Notes under the pieces: generated by a model
The model's database searches: none
What the model was told of the DNA's origin: nothing
What the model saw: the letters and a program-made list of their open reading frames with translations, nothing else
Part shown: positions 58,051 to 64,000 of the stretch, piece after piece
Layout: each line of letters starts with the position of its first letter
How positions within the stretch are numbered: position 1 is the stretch's first letter
Made by a program: the position numbers and the translations under genes
NCBI GenBank assembly: GCA_032718475.1
Contig: JAUCBJ010005433.1
Coordinates: 23,758-87,757 of the forward strand
DNA from: Nemertoderma westbladi
Lineage: Eukaryota > Animalia > Xenacoelomorpha
Reading direction: 5' to 3'
DNA: 64,000 bases

Positions 58051-59455
58051 GTGCGTCCACACCTGGCAGTAGCAATAACGTCACTTTTTCCAATAACGCA
58101 ACGTGGGATAAAGCCAGCGGTGAAAATATTTCAAAATATTCTCAAACTGTTGATGAACAAACGTTTATTACAGTTACCCCTTTCTGCTTTAACTTGTTGT
58201 GATATTCATTGTGAGAATATTAACCATAAAATGTCACTAAATTCGTGTTATTCAATCTCCAATTGCATTCCTGGCTGGAATGAGTTTGTAAAAGAAAAGC
58301 GGGCTGCGGCGCAGGAGGCTTTTCATATTTGGTGCGAACAAGGGCGGCCTAGGTTTGGGCTTGTATGGGAGGTAAAGAAAAAAACGGCCGCGCAATTTAA
58401 ATTGGCTCTCCGAAATTGCAAACGGGAGGAAGGTGCTTTGCGAGCAGATCGCCTAGCGGCTTCTTTTATTAACTCCAGAAAATATTTTTGGAGTTCAATA
58501 AAGAAAGCAACAACTATTAAAATGGGTTTAGCAACCTCTGTCGGCTCCGCCCACACTGAGGAAGAAATAGCCGATTTATTCAAATCTAATTATTATGATA
58601 TTTTTAATTCAGTCCCTGTATCTGAAATTGACTCTACTTTTGTGCAGTGTAAGTTTTCTGAATGGGACGGCTCCAATAATGTCCATATTTCTGCTGATAA
58701 GGTGAAAGATGCCATCAACGGTCTGCAGTGTGGAAAGGCTGCCGGGCCTGATGGCATCTTCCCTGAAAGTTATATTTTTGGCGGTAACCTTTTGCCAGTA
58801 ATTTTGTGTTTATTGTTCAATTCATTTATAACTCATGGGTTTTTGCCTCAATCGTTAATTAATTCTAGTTTGTTGCCTATTATCAAAGATAAAAACGCTA
58901 GTATGAGTGAACGTTTGAATTACCGACCCATAGCCAAAGCTACAGCTGGCTCTAAGGTTTTGGAAACGTGTTTGCATCGGCTCGTTGCCATGCATTCCAA
59001 TATATCTGACAACCAGTTTGGTTTTGCAGAGGGCCTAGGTACAGAAATGTGTATTTTTGCCTTAAAACAAACAATTCACTTATATATTAGTAAAGACTCA
59101 CCTGTGTATACTGCCTTCTTAGACGCCTCGAAAGCGTTTGACCGCGTCAATCATAGTAAACTTTTTCGAAAGCTAATTGAACTTGGTGTATCTATTGGTA
59201 TTGTAAGACTCTTGGCCTTTTGGTATTCCCATCAACTAATTTATATTAGCTGGGGTTCTGCTTCTTCCGGTGCATTTTTGGTTTCAAATGGTGTCCGTCA
59301 AGGAAGTTTGCTCAGCCCCCTCTTATTTAACATTTATATGAATGACTTAAGTGTAGAACTAAACAAATCTAATGTTGGTTGTAAAGTTGGAAAGAGTCTT
59401 TTAAATCACTTATTTTACGCAGATGACCTGTGTTTACTGTCGCCGAGTATTTTTG
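58051..59455 (+). mobile_element. LINE ORF2 fragment (linker + RT), cut by an LTR insertion
   Basis: IPGWNEFV, GKAAGPDGI, NYRPI, NQFGF, FLDASKAFDRVNH, GVRQGSLLSPLLFNIYM, YADDLCLLSPS, after which homology stops abruptly. Confidence 0.88.
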
Positions 59456-62400
59456 CGCCAGACCGTCCTACGGACATCTTGCCCCACCCTGCAGGGTTGG
59501 TGGCATTAGGTTCATAGAGGGCCAGTCGGGACCTACCGGTAGCCTTATCTGGGAGTCCCGGTCTGAGTCGGACATACCTGTACCGAGGGAGGCCCTGACT
59601 GTCAGATCACACCCTTACCGGTACTACACCTCACGGCCTATATCCCTGGTTCGTTGAGTACCTACCGTCATAGGTTTTTCCTCACCTAGTTAGTTAGGCC
59701 TATCATTTGTTGTTTATTGTTTACCTTTACCATAGCAGGATATTTACCACCCTGTCTATCGCTCATTATACGATTGGATTATAGCCTATCTTCCTATTAG
59801 CATTCCTATTACCAGTCAGCCAAGTGGCGACTTTACCACCTTGGCGTGGTGGCAGCGGTGTACGATTATTCGAATCCCTCCTGAATACCAACCCACGGTA
59901 CCGGTACCGGCTGTCTAATTATGGATAAAAGATGGCCGCACTCAAAACACCACGCCTAAACCCCTTATCTAAAACCGAATCGATAAACTCTTTTGAAGCT
60001 TGGCGTCAAACACTAATATATAGCTTATCACTCGACCCAGAATTCGCACGATTCACTGCCGATGGAGTTCGATGGACCAAAACATCGCCAGCCCATCCGA
60101 CCCGCGGCCTTGTAGGCGACGGAGACAATATCCCCGCCACTCAGCGGCGCACCGCACAGCAGAAAGTTACTACTCTCAACCTACTACTAGGACAAATAGC
60201 AAACTATGCGCCTATAATTTCACGTAACTCAATTATACGCTCATCCACGTCACTGAACTTTATCTGTCAGGCCTTGCGCCTTCATTACGGTTTCGAGTCG
60301 TCTGGCTCACACTTTCTCGACTTCGCCGCTATACAGCTTGAACACGAAGAGCGACCCGAAGACTTGTATCAAAGACTCGTCGCGTTCACCGACGACAACT
60401 TACTTACTGTCGATGGCGGTATATCTCATTGTGGCGAAGCCCCTATAGTTGACGAGGAGGTTTCCCCTTCTTTAGAAAACTTTATCGTCTTGACGTGGTT
60501 ACGTTTAATAAACCCAGATCTTCCTCAACTCATCAAGCAACGATATGGCACAGAGTTGCGCTCCCGCACCCTAACATCCATCAAACAGGAAATCAGCCAG
60601 GCCCTGCCATCCCTACTCGATGAACTTCGCACAAACGCCGATGTCCGAACTTTCCGCACTTTCACATCGTCTTCCACATCACGCGCCCCACCATCGGGTG
60701 CCCGCCGGAGCGGAGCACAAAGCTCCCGAGCCCAAACCACGAAAGTTTGCCCCCTCTGCCAACAGGCGAACCGCAGGGATACTGACCACTTCCTTAGCAC
60801 CTGCCGTTTTCTACCTGAACAGGACCGCCGGTTCCTTGTTCGCACCCGCGTCGTCGAGGTAACTGACGATGAGGAGGAGTTGCCCGAGGAAACATACTAT
60901 CCGGAAGAAGATGTGGTGGTTACGCCCCCATCACGGGTTCGCCGCGTCGCCGTTATACGATCATCAAGTATCGAGGTCACACATGGCTCCCGGCCTATCA
61001 CGTTGCTTTTAGATTCCGGATCTGAGTCGAATCTAATAGAGGAATCGTTAGCTATCCAGTTGGGTGCACTTATCACCCCCAGCTCACACCAAGTACCGGC
61101 TCTCGTTGACGGAAGGTCGACCCTCCGGGTTACGGGTGAAACCAGGCTACGTTTTAAACGTGGAACGCTACATTTTGAGTTTCACGGCCTAGTTATTCCC
61201 CAATTGGGCTCCCCGATCATTGGCGGTATGCCTTTTCTCCAGTATAACGACATTTCAATCCGCCCTGCTCTCGGAACTGCAACATTCCGCGATGGATCCA
61301 CAACCGCATACACAACCCAGGTCCAGCCCAACCTGCGCGGCCGTCAATCGGATTCGCATCTCCTCCGTGCTTCAGCACGATCTGTCGTCATATGGCCTGG
61401 CGAGGAGTTACACATACCTCTTCCACTAACTGCAGACAAGGATGAAGACATACTTATTGCCCCCCACGTCCCCACGGGCAACCCCGTTGCCGCATCTCAT
61501 GTATGGTTCCCACCGTTTTTAGCAAAGCACACAAATGGACAAGTCTCCATACCCAACTCCAGCGGAGTTCCCATAACCATCAAACGAAACTCACATGTCT
61601 GTGTAGCAACTCCACTATGTTCTCCCACCCAATCTGAACTTACTCCCTCAGTATTAGTTCCAGTCATCAGGAAGGCCCAGCACACTGCTGAAGGCAACAC
61701 TAATCTCGTCCAACTCGATCCTGATGGATGTTTATCTGACTGCCAACGCACTGAGTTTAAGAATATCCTCAGTCAGTTCACATCTGTTTTCAACAGTCAA
61801 ATTCCTGGATACAATGGCGCTGCTGGCCCTTTCGAGGCAGTCGTCAATATGGGACCAACACTTCCCCCTCAGCAGAAGGGACGCGTCCCACAGTACAGCC
61901 GAAACCGATTACTTGAACTCCAGGAAAAGTTCGATGAATTAGAGGCACTCGGCGTGTTTTCAACCCCCGAACGCGCAGGTATTAACGTCGAATACTTGAG
62001 CCCCTCATTTCTGGTAGCCAAACCCAGTGGAGGCACACGGCTAGTTACCGCATTCAATGAAGTGGCCCGGTACTCCAAGCCCCAGCCTTCACTCCTACCA
62101 GACGTAAACCACATACTTCGTATCATCGGAAGTTATAAATACATCGTTAAAACCGATCTTGTCAGCGCATTCTATCAAATCCCCCTACAACAAGCGTCAA
62201 TGAAGTATTGTGGCGTCGTAACCCCATTCCGGGGAGTCCGTGTTTATACCCGATGCGCCATGGGCATGCCCGGATCCGAAACAGCTCTTGAGGAGCTCAT
62301 GTGCAGAATCCTCGGCGATCTCCTTACCGAAGGTGTTGTCACCAAGATTGCCGACGACCTATACTGTGGCGGAGGCTCTATCCCCGAATTGGCCCATAAC

Positions 62401-64000
62401 TTTTCCCGCATGCTCGCTGCATTGGACCGTTGTAATCTGCGCTTATCTCCACGAAAGACATTTATATGCCCGGAGTCTACTACTATCCTTGGATGGAAGT
62501 GGAGTCGCGGCTCACTCGCCGCATCCCCCCATGTCGTGTCAACACTTGCTACGTGTACCACCCCCGGTACAGTTTGCGCATTGCGATCCTTTATCGGTTC
62601 GTACAAAATCCTCGCTCGGGTCCTTCCTCGATGCTCTGCACTAGTCGCACCACTTGATGGATTAGTCAGTGGTCAACCTAGCGATCCAGTAGCCTGGGAG
62701 GAGGCCACCCTAACAGCTTTTCGCCGAGCACAGGCAGCACTGAAGACGTGCCGGACAATCGTCATTCCCCATCCATCTGATGAACTATTTATCGTCACTG
62801 ATGCTGCAACCAGCACAGATGGATTGGGTGCAATTCTGTACGCCAAACGCAACTCCACACTTCATCTCGCTGGATTTTACTCTGCAAAGCTCAAAACACA
62901 TCAACATGCTTGGTTCCCATGCGAAATGGAAGCCCTGGCTATAGCATCAGCCACCCATCACTTCGCACCATATCTGACTCAATCAACCACCCCATCAACC
63001 ATCGTAACAGACAGCAAACCATGTGTGGAGGCATTCGCCAAGCTTAGCCGTGGCGCGTACTCATCCAGCCCACGTCTAACCACGTTCCTGGCGACACTCA
63101 GCCAACATAATATCGCTGTAGTCCATATCACCGGCATACGAAACCTTCCTGCCGACTTCCAAAGCCGACAAGCACCAACCTGCACCGATGGACACTGCCA
63201 AGTGTGTAAGTTTGTCGAGGAGCTTTGCGAGGCACCCATCATTCGAGCGTCATACGATAATGCCAGTGCTGCATCACCCCGCCCACTATATGCTACTCGC
63301 AGCACTTGGTTAGCCACTCAACAAGAGTGCCCCGATCTACACCGCACAGCGGCGCACTTGTCACAGGGCACCCGCCCGTCAAAAAAAGAGACATCCATCA
63401 GGGACATAAAGCGATATCTTGGCTGTGCTACTGTGGCCTCAGATGGACTTCTCGTTCGCCGCCAAATGGCCCCTTTTAACTCACCCCGGGACCTTATTAT
63501 TGTCCCCCGCCATGCCTTACCGGGATTACTTATGTCAATGCACCTAGAGTTACAGCACCCGTCCCGGGCCCAGCTTCGACTTACAGCTTTACGATATTTC
63601 TGTGCCCTAGATATCGATCGCGCCCTAGTCGCAACGTCCACCAGTTGCGCCCAGTGTGTAGCTTTGCAGGCCGCCCCTCGAAGACCCATTCCCCAGACAT
63701 CTGAAAAGCCACCAGACGTTATTGGAATCTCATTCGCTGCCGATGTCATCCGACAGAATAAACAGATGATACTCCTTATCCGGGAGACAGTTTCATCTTA
63801 CACAGCAGCAACACTTATCCCAGACGAGCGCCACGAAACATTGCGGGACGCCCTATTGAGCCTTTGCATTGGACGTTACCCAATCGCAGGCCCCCGCGCC
63901 GTGATACGCACCGACCCGGCCCCCGGCTTCCGCACACTGTGTGAAGACAAAACTCTCCTGGCTCACAACCTCAACATCCAGTTAGGAGACGCGAAAAACG
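59456..64000 (+). mobile_element. Ty3/Gypsy (Cigr-like) LTR retrotransposon, continues beyond the window
   Basis: Putative 5' LTR 59456-59846; PBS TGGTGGCAGCGGTG (59847-59860), complementary to the 3' end of tRNA-Leu; long gag-pol ORF follows. Confidence 0.88.
59932..64000 (+). CDS. Gypsy gag-pol polyprotein, single frame open to the window end
   Basis: MAALKTPRLNPLSKTESINSFEAWRQTL...; protease LLLDSGS; RT with KIADDLY; RNase H IVTDAA; integrase H-x4-H...CAQC, FAADV, RTDPAPGF, all in frame +1. Absent from the ORF track, consistent with no stop before 64000. Confidence 0.9.
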   Translation, partial: MAALKTPRLNPLSKTESINSFEAWRQTLIYSLSLDPEFARFTADGVRWTKTSPAHPTRGLVGDGDNIPATQRRTAQQKVTTLNLLLGQIANYAPIISRNSIIRSSTSLNFICQALRLHYGFESSGSHFLDFAAIQLEHEERPEDLYQRLVAFTDDNLLTVDGGISHCGEAPIVDEEVSPSLENFIVLTWLRLINPDLPQLIKQRYGTELRSRTLTSIKQEISQALPSLLDELRTNADVRTFRTFTSSSTSRAPPSGARRSGAQSSRAQTTKVCPLCQQANRRDTDHFLSTCRFLPEQDRRFLVRTRVVEVTDDEEELPEETYYPEEDVVVTPPSRVRRVAVIRSSSIEVTHGSRPITLLLDSGSESNLIEESLAIQLGALITPSSHQVPALVDGRSTLRVTGETRLRFKRGTLHFEFHGLVIPQLGSPIIGGMPFLQYNDISIRPALGTATFRDGSTTAYTTQVQPNLRGRQSDSHLLRASARSVVIWPGEELHIPLPLTADKDEDILIAPHVPTGNPVAASHVWFPPFLAKHTNGQVSIPNSSGVPITIKRNSHVCVATPLCSPTQSELTPSVLVPVIRKAQHTAEGNTNLVQLDPDGCLSDCQRTEFKNILSQFTSVFNSQIPGYNGAAGPFEAVVNMGPTLPPQQKGRVPQYSRNRLLELQEKFDELEALGVFSTPERAGINVEYLSPSFLVAKPSGGTRLVTAFNEVARYSKPQPSLLPDVNHILRIIGSYKYIVKTDLVSAFYQIPLQQASMKYCGVVTPFRGVRVYTRCAMGMPGSETALEELMCRILGDLLTEGVVTKIADDLYCGGGSIPELAHNFSRMLAALDRCNLRLSPRKTFICPESTTILGWKWSRGSLAASPHVVSTLATCTTPGTVCALRSFIGSYKILARVLPRCSALVAPLDGLVSGQPSDPVAWEEATLTAFRRAQAALKTCRTIVIPHPSDELFIVTDAATSTDGLGAILYAKRNSTLHLAGFYSAKLKTHQHAWFPCEMEALAIASATHHFAPYLTQSTTPSTIVTDSKPCVEAFAKLSRGAYSSSPRLTTFLATLSQHNIAVVHITGIRNLPADFQSRQAPTCTDGHCQVCKFVEELCEAPIIRASYDNASAASPRPLYATRSTWLATQQECPDLHRTAAHLSQGTRPSKKETSIRDIKRYLGCATVASDGLLVRRQMAPFNSPRDLIIVPRHALPGLLMSMHLELQHPSRAQLRLTALRYFCALDIDRALVATSTSCAQCVALQAAPRRPIPQTSEKPPDVIGISFAADVIRQNKQMILLIRETVSSYTAATLIPDERHETLRDALLSLCIGRYPIAGPRAVIRTDPAPGFRTLCEDKTLLAHNLNIQLGDAKN

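Noticed and set aside
60525-63749. Many short ORFs on both strands
   Set aside because: Shadows of the long frame +1 gag-pol

Overview
Eukaryotic DNA, apparently from an invertebrate animal (inferred from AT-rich GT-AG introns and metazoan gene and transposon families). The backbone is a minus-strand, multi-exon peroxisomal multifunctional enzyme type 2 gene (HSD17B4/MFE-2). It starts at ATG 50321, I traced 12 exon positions in phase down to 5039, and I did not find its 3' end in the window. Its introns hold four intronless genes: DENR (same strand), CPTP, a complete bacterial-type tRNA 2-selenouridine synthase (SelU/MnmH) and TRMT6. SelU and TRMT6 lie in tandem only 108 bp apart. Upstream are a carbohydrate sulfotransferase and a spliced Tctex1-type dynein light chain gene. 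The rest is transposons: two IS3EU elements, hAT, Sola-like, Helentron-like and MITE elements, LINE fragments, a decayed Mag-type Gypsy and a Cigr-type Gypsy with an open reading frame. Highlights: (1) an operon-like SelU-TRMT6 tRNA-modification pair in an animal genome; (2) a duplicated, phase-locked mutually exclusive exon pair in the MFE-2 hydratase domain, with DENR between the two exons; (3) two independent tandem arrays, one about 200 copies over 6.3 kb, whose unit is the exon end plus the 5' splice site; (4) a Gypsy element whose target-site duplication is a third splice donor. All homology calls come from motif recognition by eye; no database searches were run.
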